Shown one piece after another: positions 1 to 9,337 of a DNA stretch of 64,000 bases. The notes beneath the pieces were generated by a model. That model had not been told where the DNA came from, searched no databases, and was given only the letters and a program-made list of their open reading frames with translations. Position numbers and translations under genes: made by a program. How positions within the stretch are numbered: the first letter of the stretch is position 1; the number at the start of each line of letters is the position of its first letter. Origin of the DNA: Candidatus Omnitrophota bacterium (GTDB lineage Bacteria; Omnitrophota; Gorgyraeia; Gygaellales; Profunditerraquicolaceae); assembly GCA_043813305.1 (NCBI GenBank), contig JBDRLC010000064.1, positions 32,048 through 96,047 of the forward strand. Direction: 5' to 3'.

Positions 1-939
1 CGGCTTCCTCAGGATGGGAGAATTGAGATTAAAATGGAGGGAAGGGCTTTAGATTTGAGGGTTTCATCTTTTCCGACTATACATGGTGAGAATGTGGTTA
101 TGAGAATTTTAGATAAGTCAGCTGTGCTTTTGGGCCTAGCGGAATTAGGTTTCTCGGGTCAAGATTTAAAGGATTTTGACAAGGCAATTAGAACCCCGAA
201 TGGTATAATTCTGGTTACCGGGCCAACCGGTTCAGGAAAGACCACAACTTTATATGCTGCATTACAGGCGATAAATTCAATAGAGAAAAATATTATTACT
301 GTTGAGGATCCCGTAGAATACCAGATTCCTTTGATCCGGCAGACCCAGATTAATACAAAAATAGGGCTTACCTTTGCAAACGGCTTAAGGAGTATTTTAA
401 GGCAGGATCCGGATATAGTAATGGTAGGTGAGATTCGCGATAAGGAAACAGCGGAAATTGCAATTCAGGCTTCGCTTACAGGGCATCTAGTTTTATCAAC
501 TCTTCATACCAACAATGCAGCCGGTACCTTGATCAGGCTTCTAGATATGGGTATTGAGTCTTTTTTGATTTCAAGTTCGATTATCGGAATATTGGCTCAG
601 CGTTTAGTACGATTACTCTGCCCTAAATGCAAAGAAAAATACACTCCTTCAGATGAAGTACTTAAGGATTTAAACTTGAGCGAAAAAGTTGAATTCTATC
701 GCGGTAAAGGTTGTATGAAATGTAAAAACGCTGGTTTCTCGGGGAGAATCGGAATCTATGAGCTCTTATTGATCAATCAAGAAATTAAGGATATGGTTCT
801 TGCTAAGGCATCGGCGGATGAGATCGAGAAAAAAGCAAGAAGCAAAGGGATGCGAAGCTTATACGATGATGGGTTGGAGAAAGTGAAAAGAGGCTTAACT
901 TCAATCGAAGAAGTGCTTAGGGTAACAGAGGAATTTTAA
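1..939 (+). CDS. pilB: Type IV pilus / T2SS assembly ATPase (PilB/GspE family), C-terminal ~312 aa; 5' end outside the window
   Basis: Frame 1 is open from base 1 ([11 protein letters not shown] precedes the listed Met at 34). Walker [10 protein letters not shown], Asp box ITVEDPVEY, Walker [13 protein letters not shown], His box [12 protein letters not shown], tetracysteine CPKC...CMKC. Confidence 0.93.
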   Translation, partial: RLPQDGRIEIKMEGRALDLRVSSFPTIHGENVVMRILDKSAVLLGLAELGFSGQDLKDFDKAIRTPNGIILVTGPTGSGKTTTLYAALQAINSIEKNIITVEDPVEYQIPLIRQTQINTKIGLTFANGLRSILRQDPDIVMVGEIRDKETAEIAIQASLTGHLVLSTLHTNNAAGTLIRLLDMGIESFLISSSIIGILAQRLVRLLCPKCKEKYTPSDEVLKDLNLSEKVEFYRGKGCMKCKNAGFSGRIGIYELLLINQEIKDMVLAKASADEIEKKARSKGMRSLYDDGLEKVKRGLTSIEEVLRVTEEF

Positions 940-969
940 CCTTTTAAGACAAAGGAAAGGAGGTGAGCG

Positions 970-1182
970 ATGTTATTGATATTGATTGTGTTAGGTTCTA
1001 TATCTTTGTTGTTAGGCATAGCTTTTCTGATTGGCCCGGATAACGTCAGGAAACTGGAAGCTATGTTGAATAGGCCGATAGTTAAGACCCAAGAGTTCGG
1101 ATATCACTATAGCAAGCTGATTGGTTTGGTTTTGCTGATTCTCTCCGGTGTGTTGTTATATATTAATTGGAGTCTGCGGTGA
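970..1182 (+). CDS. Small two-helix membrane protein, unknown function, between pilB and pilC
   Basis: 70-aa ORF behind a strong SD (AAGGAAAGGAGGTGAGCG-ATG). Two hydrophobic helices (LLILIVLGSISLLLGIAFLIG, LIGLVLLILSGVLLYI). No family recognised. Confidence 0.5.
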   Translation: MLLILIVLGSISLLLGIAFLIGPDNVRKLEAMLNRPIVKTQEFGYHYSKLIGLVLLILSGVLLYINWSLR

Positions 1183-1208
1183 AAGTAAGATAAAAAAAGT
1201 AGGTTAAA

Positions 1209-2420
1209 TTGCCTAAGTTTAGATATAAGGTTAGAGATAAGTTCGCCAAGTTAATAAGCGGGACTATCGAATCGGATGACAGCGATAGTGCAGCAGGGAG
1301 GCTTAGGGAGATGGGCTATATTCCTATCTCTATCTCTAAATTCACAGAGATTAAAGGTTTTAAGCTTCCCGAGCAGTTTCAGCGCGTAAAACTCCAAGAA
1401 TTGGACACGTTTACCCGGCAGCTATTCTCACTGCAGAAGGCAGGCGTTCCTATATTAGCGAGCCTTGAATCCATAGCCAAGCAGACTGAAAATAAACATT
1501 TTAAAATTGTGATTGAAGAAGTTGCCGCTGATGTCAAGAGCGGTTCGTTCTTGGGTGATGCCTTAGCCAAGCAGTTTAAAGTTTTTGGCGATTTTTATAT
1601 TAGCATGATTAAGGCAGCTGAGACGGGCGGTGCGTTGTTGGAGATCTTAGAACGCTTGTGCATGGTAATTGAACAGGATATCGATACACAGCAGAAAATA
1701 AAATCAGCCACAAAATATCCGATGATCGCATTTTTTGTTTTGTGTATAGGTTTCCTGATCGTAGTCACTTTTGTAATTCCGCGTTTCGCTACTCTTTACG
1801 GACAGTTTGGCGCTGATCTACCGTTTGCAACCCGGTTGCTAATGGCTCTGAGCCTTGGAATTAAGAGATTCTGGTACTTGGTGATTTTGGGAATGGCGGG
1901 TGCCTTTGTGGGATTTAGAATTTTTGTAAACTCTAAAACCGGCCGGCCCTTATGGGATACCCTGAAATTGAAAGTTCCCGTTTTCGGCAAGATTATGTCT
2001 ATGTTTATGATGGCTCGCTTTGCCAGAATTACAGCGATATTGATGAAGAGCGGCGTACCGATATTGCAAGTCTTGGATTTAGTAGCAAGGACATCGGGGA
2101 ATTACATAATCGAGAATGCGCTTAGGAATATTCGAGAAGATGTTAACCAAGGTAAAGGCATGGCAGAGCCGATGAGGTCGACTAATTTATTTACTCCCAT
2201 TGTAATTCAGATGGTTTCAATCGGTGAGCAGACCGGCAGAGTAGATGAACTGCTCATAGGTGTAGCTGATTACTACGATCGTGAGTTAGGGTACATAATC
2301 AGGAATCTGACTACCTACATCGAGCCTATGCTCATCTTTGTTTTGGCGATTATGGTGTTATTTATGGCTTTGGGTATTTTTATGCCAATGTGGAATTTGA
2401 TCAAAGTTTTTAAGCCATAA
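1209..2420 (+). CDS. pilC: Type IV pilus / T2SS inner-membrane platform protein (PilC/GspF family)
   Basis: 403 aa with a TTG start. Duplicated T2SSF-type cytoplasmic domains each followed by TM helices (FTRQLFSLQKAGVPIL... and MARFARITAILMKSGVPILQVL...). C-terminal helix LIFVLAIMVLFMALGIFMPMWNL is typical of the family. Confidence 0.9.
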   Translation: MPKFRYKVRDKFAKLISGTIESDDSDSAAGRLREMGYIPISISKFTEIKGFKLPEQFQRVKLQELDTFTRQLFSLQKAGVPILASLESIAKQTENKHFKIVIEEVAADVKSGSFLGDALAKQFKVFGDFYISMIKAAETGGALLEILERLCMVIEQDIDTQQKIKSATKYPMIAFFVLCIGFLIVVTFVIPRFATLYGQFGADLPFATRLLMALSLGIKRFWYLVILGMAGAFVGFRIFVNSKTGRPLWDTLKLKVPVFGKIMSMFMMARFARITAILMKSGVPILQVLDLVARTSGNYIIENALRNIREDVNQGKGMAEPMRSTNLFTPIVIQMVSIGEQTGRVDELLIGVADYYDRELGYIIRNLTTYIEPMLIFVLAIMVLFMALGIFMPMWNLIKVFKP

Positions 2421-2457
2421 ATATCGAGAAAACTTAGCGTTTGCTTTAAAAAAGTGC

Positions 2458-2486
2458 TTTACAAAGATATGCAAAGATGTTATAAT
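2458..2486 (+). promoter_or_regulatory. Candidate sigma70-type promoter of the major pilin gene
   Basis: TTTACA (2458-2463), 17-nt spacer, TATAAT (2481-2486) preceded by TGT (extended -10). Lies about 105 nt upstream of the pilin ATG. Confidence 0.45.
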
Positions 2487-2591
2487 TGCTCCAATATTAT
2501 AAGCAAAATGAAGATCAGCTGATCTTTGCATTATATAGATGTAATTATGATATTGATAGGAAGCTAACAATAAGCTAATAGGGAGGTAGAG

Positions 2592-2990
2592 ATGAGAAGA
2601 AGCGGTTTTACATTGATCGAGTTGGTTATGGTAATTGTTATCTTAGGTATTCTAGCAGCAGTTGCCGTACCAACATTTTTTAACTTACAGGCTAGTGCTA
2701 AAGAGGCTGCTTGTAAGGGAGCATTAGGAGGGTTGCGTAGCGCCGTTAGCATTTGGTATGCTAATCAGGCAGCCGCAGGTACAGCTGCCCAACCGACTCT
2801 AGTCCAATTAACAGCAACAACCGGCGGTGCTTTGGTCGGAGGGGTAGTTCCTGAGAATCCATATAACAACTCAAGAGTAGTAATAGCGGGGGCTGCAGAA
2901 GCGGCAAGTACCGCTGCTGGCTGGATTTATGATATAAGTACAGGCAGGATTTGGAGTTCAGCAAGCGAAACCCAAGGATCGGGCTGGTAG
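2592..2990 (+). CDS. Major type IV pilin / pseudopilin (prepilin-type N-terminal cleavage/methylation domain)
   Basis: MRRSG|FTLIELVMVIVILGILAAVAVP has Gly-1, Phe+1 and Glu+5. SD GGGAGG. 132 aa with an Ala/Thr/Gly/Ser-rich C-terminal half. Followed by a strong hairpin. Confidence 0.85.
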   Translation: MRRSGFTLIELVMVIVILGILAAVAVPTFFNLQASAKEAACKGALGGLRSAVSIWYANQAAAGTAAQPTLVQLTATTGGALVGGVVPENPYNNSRVVIAGAAEAASTAAGWIYDISTGRIWSSASETQGSGW

Positions 2991-3032
2991 TTATTAGGTA
3001 AAAAGTTACAAGCGTAATTATTTACTCAAAAT

Positions 3033-3083
3033 AAAATGGCTGACTTTTCGTATTAAGTAATACGATAAAAAGTCAGCCATTTT
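3033..3083 (+). terminator. Intrinsic terminator-like hairpin after the pilin gene
   Basis: Perfect 16-bp stem AAAATGGCTGACTTTT (3033-3048) / AAAAGTCAGCCATTTT (3068-3083). It extends by CGTATT/AATACG and is flanked by A- and T-runs. Confidence 0.6.
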
Positions 3084-3094
3084 AATGATTAAAT

Positions 3095-4585
3095 ATGAGC
3101 CTGCAAAGACTTAAGATTCCTTTTTTAATAGTTATACTTATCGCAGTTAGTTTTGGAATATATGCGAATTCTTTAAGCGGAGATTTTTTGGTTGATGATA
3201 CATCGGCTATTCTGGAAAATGAACGCATACATGACCTAAAGCTATATTTTTCTAAATATTTTGGGTTTCGGATTAACATACTCAGTGAACTGGCATGGCT
3301 GTTTATCTGGCATTTTGCAGGCCCCAACCCTTTCTATTACCATCTATTTAATGTATTTGTTCATGTTGGCTGTGTGATTTTAGTTTTTATTCTTTGTGAC
3401 CTGTTATTTGAAAATCTTGCCCTTTCTTTCTTAAGCAGCCTGATTTTCGCACTCCACCCTATTCATACCGAAGCAGTAAGTTGGATTTCCGGCGGCCATT
3501 ACGCCTTTTCTAGTTTATTTTTTATCACTGCTTTGATTTTCTACATAAAAGCGGAAAAATCTCTTCTTAACCTTACTCTTTCAGTAATTATTTTTGCATT
3601 ATGCCTATCTACGGGTAATGCAGCCGCTACCTTACCGATTATGTATATTTTGTATGATCTATTTTTTCGAAAGCAAAATGCGCAATCATCCTCCCTTAGA
3701 AGATTAAGAGTATTGATTCTCTCCATAATATTAGTTACTTCTTCTATTTTTGTAGTCACTTATCTTATCAGGCGAAATGAATTTACGCGGATAATATTTT
3801 ATTACCGTGGCCCCCATTACTTAATAGTTATTGCCAAGGCCTTTGTTTACTATTTAAAGCTTCTCTATCTGCCGTTGGCCAGAGGGCTGTATCATCCTTT
3901 TGCCTTTGATAGCGCTGAAATCCAGAAGATTAGCCCGGCTTTCTTTTTTTCTATAATCATTGTAATGATTTCTCTGGTCTCTTTCTTTAAATGCAAACGT
4001 AACTTAAAACCCGTCTCTTTTGGGATTATGTGGTTTTTTGTTACATTTGCCCCATTTTCGAATGTTATACCTATATGCAACATTGTCTCAGAAAGGTATC
4101 TTTATTTACCTTCTGTTGGTTTTTCAATAATCCTCGCAGCCTTGTTTTTGAAGGTTTGGGAAATTATTAACAGAAATACTCAATACAAAGCGGTGCTCAG
4201 GTTTGCCTGTATTGTGATTATGAGTTTGTTTTTAGGCTCATACACTTTCTTGACTTTAAAACAGAATTATGAGTATAATAATATGATTACCTACTGGGAG
4301 ACCAATATAAAGAATTTCAAAGACGGCTACCTGGTTTATAATAATTTAGCCGGGACATATTATAAGATGGGGCTGATTGATAATGCCATAGCTTATTGCT
4401 GGATAAGCCTAAGAACTAATCCCAATCAGCCGTATGTCTGGTGTAATCTAGGTAATATTTATAGAGAGATGGGTGATTTGGAGCAGGCCAGAAATTGTTA
4501 TAAGGCGATCCTTGAAATAGATAAAAATTATTTTCCGGCACACAAGGCATTGGAGGAAATTAAGGCAGAGTTAGATGAAAAATAG
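3095..4585 (+). CDS. Polytopic GT-C-fold glycosyltransferase-like membrane protein with C-terminal TPR repeats (PMT/ArnT/TMTC-like)
   Basis: 496 aa with about 10-11 hydrophobic helices. Acidic GDFLVDD motif right after the first helix (position of the GT-C catalytic loop). C-terminal TPR-like repeats (AGTYYKMGLIDNAIAYCWISLRTNPN, GNIYREMGDLEQARNCYKAILEIDKN). No obvious SD. Confidence 0.6.
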   Translation: MSLQRLKIPFLIVILIAVSFGIYANSLSGDFLVDDTSAILENERIHDLKLYFSKYFGFRINILSELAWLFIWHFAGPNPFYYHLFNVFVHVGCVILVFILCDLLFENLALSFLSSLIFALHPIHTEAVSWISGGHYAFSSLFFITALIFYIKAEKSLLNLTLSVIIFALCLSTGNAAATLPIMYILYDLFFRKQNAQSSSLRRLRVLILSIILVTSSIFVVTYLIRRNEFTRIIFYYRGPHYLIVIAKAFVYYLKLLYLPLARGLYHPFAFDSAEIQKISPAFFFSIIIVMISLVSFFKCKRNLKPVSFGIMWFFVTFAPFSNVIPICNIVSERYLYLPSVGFSIILAALFLKVWEIINRNTQYKAVLRFACIVIMSLFLGSYTFLTLKQNYEYNNMITYWETNIKNFKDGYLVYNNLAGTYYKMGLIDNAIAYCWISLRTNPNQPYVWCNLGNIYREMGDLEQARNCYKAILEIDKNYFPAHKALEEIKAELDEK

Positions 4586-5093
4586 GAACTCTTTCACTTT
4601 AATAGAATTAGTTTTAATCTTGCTTATAGGAGGGATCATGGCAGCTATGGCAATAACGCAGGGGCCGGATATCCAGGGGGTAAGGTCAAGGCAAGCTGCT
4701 TATAAAATCAAGTCAGACTTAAGGTACGCCCAGAGCTATGAATTAGTGTCTCGTAAGCGAACAAGAGTTGCTTTTGATACCGACAATGAAAGCTATAGTA
4801 TTTATTATGAACAAACAGCAGGTAACAATGACTGGACATTAGCGGTTAACCCTTTAACTAAGAATAACTTTACAGTAGACTTTACGCAGCTGGAGTTTTC
4901 TAATGTTGATATTGTATCGGTAAATTTTGAAGGAACAGGTTTAGACCTGGTGTTTGATTCAAGTACCCCATATAGTTATAATTCCGGTACTCAGGTAGCA
5001 ACCCAACTTACGAGCGAAGGTATTATATCTCTTTCTGATAGCATGTCCGTGACAGTCGAGCCAAACACAGGAAAGGTCTCAGTTGATGGATAA
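4575..5093 (+). CDS. Minor pilin / pseudopilin (GspH/FimT-like)
   Basis: MKNRNS|FTLIELVLILLIGGIMAAMAI prepilin-type N-terminus with Glu+5, but Ser rather than Gly at -1. 172 aa; overlaps the upstream gene by 11 nt. Confidence 0.7.
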   Translation: MKNRNSFTLIELVLILLIGGIMAAMAITQGPDIQGVRSRQAAYKIKSDLRYAQSYELVSRKRTRVAFDTDNESYSIYYEQTAGNNDWTLAVNPLTKNNFTVDFTQLEFSNVDIVSVNFEGTGLDLVFDSSTPYSYNSGTQVATQLTSEGIISLSDSMSVTVEPNTGKVSVDG

Positions 5094-5484
5094 AAGGGGT
5101 TTTACTCTTATTGAACTGACTTTAGTAATTGTTATAATGGGGTTAGTCTGCGCAGGGTTAGCCGCGCTTATATATCAGACCCTGCAGGGTACACATAAAC
5201 CAGAGGTAATTACCATAGCAACCGCACTTGCTAAAAAAGAAGCTGAGCGCGTAATCCGGTTTGATTTTGCTAATCTAGTTGATGAAAACCGCGATAGCCC
5301 CTTAGCTTACAGCGGAGACCTTTCTCAGTATAGCCGGGAAGTAAGAGTAGATAGTATTGATACTGTCCAGCCTGACCTAGGCTCAGATCCTACAATGGAA
5401 ACTTATAAAGTGGTTGAGGTGAGAGTTCATCATGCCTCTATCGGTTATCTATCAATAATATTTTTAAAGGTGGTTTACGAATGA
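5086..5484 (+). CDS. Minor pilin / pseudopilin (prepilin-type N-terminus)
   Basis: MDKRG|FTLIELTLVIVIMGLV. ATG at 5086 (the ORF track starts at TTG 5083); overlaps the upstream stop. Confidence 0.7.
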   Translation: MDKRGFTLIELTLVIVIMGLVCAGLAALIYQTLQGTHKPEVITIATALAKKEAERVIRFDFANLVDENRDSPLAYSGDLSQYSREVRVDSIDTVQPDLGSDPTMETYKVVEVRVHHASIGYLSIIFLKVVYE

Positions 5485-5984
5485 AGCAGAGAAAAGCCTT
5501 TAGTTTAATTGAGATGATAATGGTCATGGTGATATTAGGCATCATTGCCGGCATAGGCGCTCCTTTGATTGCCGAGACCGGTCGGGGATGGCTTCTGCAT
5601 GTACAGCGAAAGGAGATGTCTGAGAGCGCAAGAATAGCGATAGACAGGATGACCAGAGAGATAAGAAGGATAAAGGATACGACCAGCGTAATTACCGCCA
5701 GTAACACAGCTTTTCAGTTTGTTAATATTGACGATGAGAACATCACCTTTGATAGCTCCGGTACAACGTTACGCCGTACGATTGACGGCACGACAAATGA
5801 ATTAGCCGATAACCTGGATAGTATATCTTTTACTTATTATGATACCTCAGGTTCAACCATAACTACGCCTGATGTAAGCCCGCAGGAGACAGATATTAGA
5901 AGGATAGAAATAAGCCTGACTTTTTCTTTGGGCGGAACACAGCTAACTGTAGTCTCCCAGGTGTGGCCGCGGAGGTTTCTATGA
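5481..5984 (+). CDS. Minor pilin / pseudopilin (PilW/GspJ-like)
   Basis: MKQRKA|FSLIEMIMVMVILGIIAG (Ala at -1, Glu+5). ATGA overlap with the upstream gene. 167 aa. Confidence 0.7.
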   Translation: MKQRKAFSLIEMIMVMVILGIIAGIGAPLIAETGRGWLLHVQRKEMSESARIAIDRMTREIRRIKDTTSVITASNTAFQFVNIDDENITFDSSGTTLRRTIDGTTNELADNLDSISFTYYDTSGSTITTPDVSPQETDIRRIEISLTFSLGGTQLTVVSQVWPRRFL

Positions 5985-7027
5985 GGAGTATTATTGCCAG
6001 TAAAAAAGCCACCGGCATCATAGCAGTAATATTCATCGTGCTTATGGCTTCGGTTATGGGAGCTACGATTACCTCTTTATTAGGTACAGACACAGGCGGA
6101 AGTATTTACTATTTACAGTCACAGCAGGCATTTTTTATTGCTGAAGGAGGCATCCAGTATGTGTTAGACAAGCTAAGGTTAGATGAGGAATATAGAGCGA
6201 GCCTTTCTACAGTAACCGAGGATTTAGGCCCAGGCAGCTTTTCCGTGGATGTTGTAGATCAGGGTTCAGGGGAATATACTATTACCTCAACCGGGACAGT
6301 AGGCCACTCCAGCAGACAGGTAGCTCAAAGCGTTGATTACACTTCCTTGCTTTTAGATCAGACTATCCACGGAGACGGAAGCTCAGTTAACTTTAGCAGC
6401 ACTACTTCTTCTACGGTAGTTGGCGCTGTCAGTTGTCACGTAAGTGTTGTAGGTTACGGAGGAGTTACGATCACCGGTGAAATAACCGAGGGTTTAGCCA
6501 GGCTGCATCCTAGTTTGGATTTTAGTTATTATGCCGGGATAGCTGATACTTATTCTACCTCTAATCTTACATTCGCCAACGGTACCTATAATGGCGTCTA
6601 CTATACAACTAAAAAAGCTACGATAGGTAATAATGTTACGTTAAACGGCTCTATTATCGCTGCGGGTTCTATAGACTTTAACGATAAAGCAGATAATGTG
6701 CAGATTTCTCAAAGTAATAATTACCCTGCTTTAGCAAGCGGCAGCGCTATCAACAGTAGTTGTAGCGGTCCCCCTTCTCAGAGAGTCGGTTTACAGAATA
6801 GCACAATTAACGGCCTAATTTTCTCTGCAGGCAATGTAACCTTTAACTATATGCAGAATACCACCTTTAATGGTTCGGTATTAGCAGACGGTAATCTTAA
6901 TTTTCAGAGTGGGAGTAATTGGACGATTGCTTACGATGAAACTATATTTGACCCAATGACCCCAGGGTTAAACGTAGGAGAAGAGCTAGAAGCTATACTG
7001 CAAGATGATTGGAATGAAAGCTATTAA
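5981..7027 (+). CDS. PilX-like pilus-associated protein with beta-helix-like C-terminal region
   Basis: Preferred start is ATG 5981 (GGAGG 5 nt upstream, ATGA overlap); the track start is 5963. N-terminal helix KKATGIIAVIFIVLMASVMGATITSLLG lacks a prepilin cleavage motif. The C-terminus is rich in N/G/S/T repeats (NVTLNGSIIAAGSIDFN..., NGLIFSAGNVTFNYMQNTTFNGSVLADGNLNF). Confidence 0.55.
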   Translation: MRSIIASKKATGIIAVIFIVLMASVMGATITSLLGTDTGGSIYYLQSQQAFFIAEGGIQYVLDKLRLDEEYRASLSTVTEDLGPGSFSVDVVDQGSGEYTITSTGTVGHSSRQVAQSVDYTSLLLDQTIHGDGSSVNFSSTTSSTVVGAVSCHVSVVGYGGVTITGEITEGLARLHPSLDFSYYAGIADTYSTSNLTFANGTYNGVYYTTKKATIGNNVTLNGSIIAAGSIDFNDKADNVQISQSNNYPALASGSAINSSCSGPPSQRVGLQNSTINGLIFSAGNVTFNYMQNTTFNGSVLADGNLNFQSGSNWTIAYDETIFDPMTPGLNVGEELEAILQDDWNESY

Positions 7028-7046
7028 TATGATACAATAATCTGCT

Positions 7047-8762
7047 ATGGATTTTAAGAAAATATTTAATCAGAACAACCTACCCAAGAAACTCAAGGAC
7101 TCGGATAGCAAATCCCATCCGAGTAATTTATTCAAAATATCCAATAAGATAGATATCAAACAAATACTCGGTTTTTCTAAAAAAGTAGATTCGGTCATGC
7201 TTGTTGATATAGGTTCTAAATTGACCATGCTTAATATCCAATTAGGCCATCAACTTAAGGTAAATTCTATGAAGAGTGTTGAATTTACTGATGATAACAG
7301 AGACGAGATTATTATAAACTCACTCCAGGATTTCATCCAGGAGCATGATATCCAGCATAAAAATGTAATTCTTAGGCCTGATTTGGTTTCGCTCCAGCTT
7401 AAACGTATACAGCTTCCCGCAGTGCCTGATAAGGAGCTGCTGGGAGCAATTAAGTGGGAGCTTAAAGAAACAGTGCCTTATGATTTATCAAAAGCAGTTC
7501 TGGATTTTAGAATTATCGCAAAGATAACTAAGGAGGATAATTCCAAGGCACTTGATATTATATGCTTCGTAGCCGAGGAAGATGAGATTAGGCAGCAAGT
7601 TTCACTTTTGAAACAATTAGGACTTACCTGTCTTACGGTTGGCGTTCTGCAGCTTGGCTATGTTAATTTAATTGCTCAACTCGCTGAGCAAGAAAATGAA
7701 CCCATAGGGCTCCTGCATCTTGAGAATAATATAACCTACTTATGCGTTTATCTAAATAATAAATTGGCATTTTATAGAGAGATACCCGTTTCAGTCAATA
7801 GTTTAAAGGTTTCCTTAAAGAGCGTATTGGTTTCTGATAAAGGCAAGATTGAGTTATCTCCTGAAGAGTTAGAGGAAGTTTTATTTACAATTGGTATACC
7901 CAAAAAAGATGCGGTGTATAAAGAAAAGCTTAGTTCGATCCAGATCTTATCAATGTTGCGTCCGCATTTAGAACGCATGGTGAATGAAATAAAGCGTTCT
8001 CTGACTTATTATACTTCTCATTTTGGCGAAGCGCGCGTTAAGAAGTTGCTGATTGCAGGATTTACCTCCAGGATCCCTAATTTAGATGAATTTCTAGCCA
8101 ATGAACTATCTTTGAATATCTCGAGGTTACCTTTGTCCGAAAAATTTATAGTTTCTTCAGAAGTTGATCCTGAATTATTGTTTCAGGTTTCTGGAAGTTT
8201 AGGGTTAGTTTTAGATTATGAGAAAAACATAAATCTGCTCCCCTTTGAGTTTAGAACTGAAAAACTCGAGAAACTCGAGAAGGTCTCTCTGCGCTGGGTG
8301 ACTTTTCTTGTATTTCTTTTATTAATCATCTCATATTTTTTTGCGAGGGTAGGCGTTGCTGCTTATAAAAAAGGCCTAGACACTTCGGTTATATACTTTA
8401 ATACATTAAGCGAGATAAGGAAGGTTAACTCAAGGCTCGGAGAATTGAAAAGTTTTGTTACTGATGTAAGGAATAAAGATATTCCCGCATATATGATTTT
8501 AAAGAAATTAAGCGCTATCGCACCTAAAGAGCTATTTTTTAATCATTTTTCATTAGACAATGGAAGCAGATCAGGAACTATCAGGGGGTATGTCAAAAAT
8601 ACGGAAAAGAACCCGGATGTTATATTAACCAAATTTATCCGCTCAATGCAGGCTTCCTATTATTTTACAAATACAGATATTTTATCGGTTAAGAAAAGCA
8701 AGGGAGATGCTTTTGATCTTACTAATTTCGATATAACTTTCAAGTTGCAAGAGGGGCATTAA
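7047..8762 (+). CDS. PilM::PilN fusion (actin-like pilus assembly ATPase-fold protein fused to a PilN-type bitopic segment)
   Basis: 571 aa. The N-terminal ~400 aa resemble PilM. This is followed by INLLPFEF, a TM helix (WVTFLVFLLLIISYFFA), a coiled coil and a PilN-like C-terminal domain. Confidence 0.75.
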   Translation: MDFKKIFNQNNLPKKLKDSDSKSHPSNLFKISNKIDIKQILGFSKKVDSVMLVDIGSKLTMLNIQLGHQLKVNSMKSVEFTDDNRDEIIINSLQDFIQEHDIQHKNVILRPDLVSLQLKRIQLPAVPDKELLGAIKWELKETVPYDLSKAVLDFRIIAKITKEDNSKALDIICFVAEEDEIRQQVSLLKQLGLTCLTVGVLQLGYVNLIAQLAEQENEPIGLLHLENNITYLCVYLNNKLAFYREIPVSVNSLKVSLKSVLVSDKGKIELSPEELEEVLFTIGIPKKDAVYKEKLSSIQILSMLRPHLERMVNEIKRSLTYYTSHFGEARVKKLLIAGFTSRIPNLDEFLANELSLNISRLPLSEKFIVSSEVDPELLFQVSGSLGLVLDYEKNINLLPFEFRTEKLEKLEKVSLRWVTFLVFLLLIISYFFARVGVAAYKKGLDTSVIYFNTLSEIRKVNSRLGELKSFVTDVRNKDIPAYMILKKLSAIAPKELFFNHFSLDNGSRSGTIRGYVKNTEKNPDVILTKFIRSMQASYYFTNTDILSVKKSKGDAFDLTNFDITFKLQEGH

Positions 8763-8774
8763 GAATCTGAGGCT

Positions 8775-9335
8775 ATGAAAAGGATAACTAGAGAACAGAA
8801 AAAAATTATTTTTATTGCTAGCATCATCGTAGTTTTTCTTATCTGCTTCTGGGTATTTATCTATCGGCCGCAAAGCGAAAAATTCAATTCAATTAAGAAA
8901 GAATTAAAGAATACAAAAACAAAAATCGAAGAAATAAATAATATAATTCGAGGGAGAGATTTGGTGGAAGCAGTAAAAGATTTGAATATAGAGTTTAATC
9001 AAATGGTAAATCTTCTGATACTGGAGGATGAGGACGTAATATCGCATCTATCTGAGTTTGCCAGAAAGTTAAAAATAGAAGTCAAAGATATAATCCCATC
9101 AAAAAGGGAATTATTTGAGGGTCAGGTCGTCGGTTATGATATAGAGGTGCTGCCGATTTCCCTGAGCCTGGTGTGCGAGTATAAAAATTTGGGGGATTAT
9201 TTAAACTTTTTGTGGGAGGATTTCCCGGCCCTGGTAAGGATAAAGCAGCTTCAGATCTTTGAAGAAGGAGGAGGTGACAATCCTTTTTTAGATGTTAGAT
9301 TGCAAATCTTAGCTTATTTAGTTAAAGAAAAATAA
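8775..9335 (+). CDS. PilO-like pilus assembly protein
   Basis: 186 aa with an N-terminal TM helix (IIFIASIIVVFLICFWVFIY), a coiled coil and an alpha/beta C-terminal domain. Sits directly after PilM::PilN. Confidence 0.55.
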   Translation: MKRITREQKKIIFIASIIVVFLICFWVFIYRPQSEKFNSIKKELKNTKTKIEEINNIIRGRDLVEAVKDLNIEFNQMVNLLILEDEDVISHLSEFARKLKIEVKDIIPSKRELFEGQVVGYDIEVLPISLSLVCEYKNLGDYLNFLWEDFPALVRIKQLQIFEEGGGDNPFLDVRLQILAYLVKEK

Positions 9336-9337
9336 AT

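Noticed and set aside
8262-8285. Tandem 9-nt repeat ACTCGAGAA x2 (encoding EKLEKLEK) in PilM::PilN
   Set aside because: It has only two units, is in frame and lies in a coiled-coil-like linker, so it is an unremarkable low-complexity duplication.
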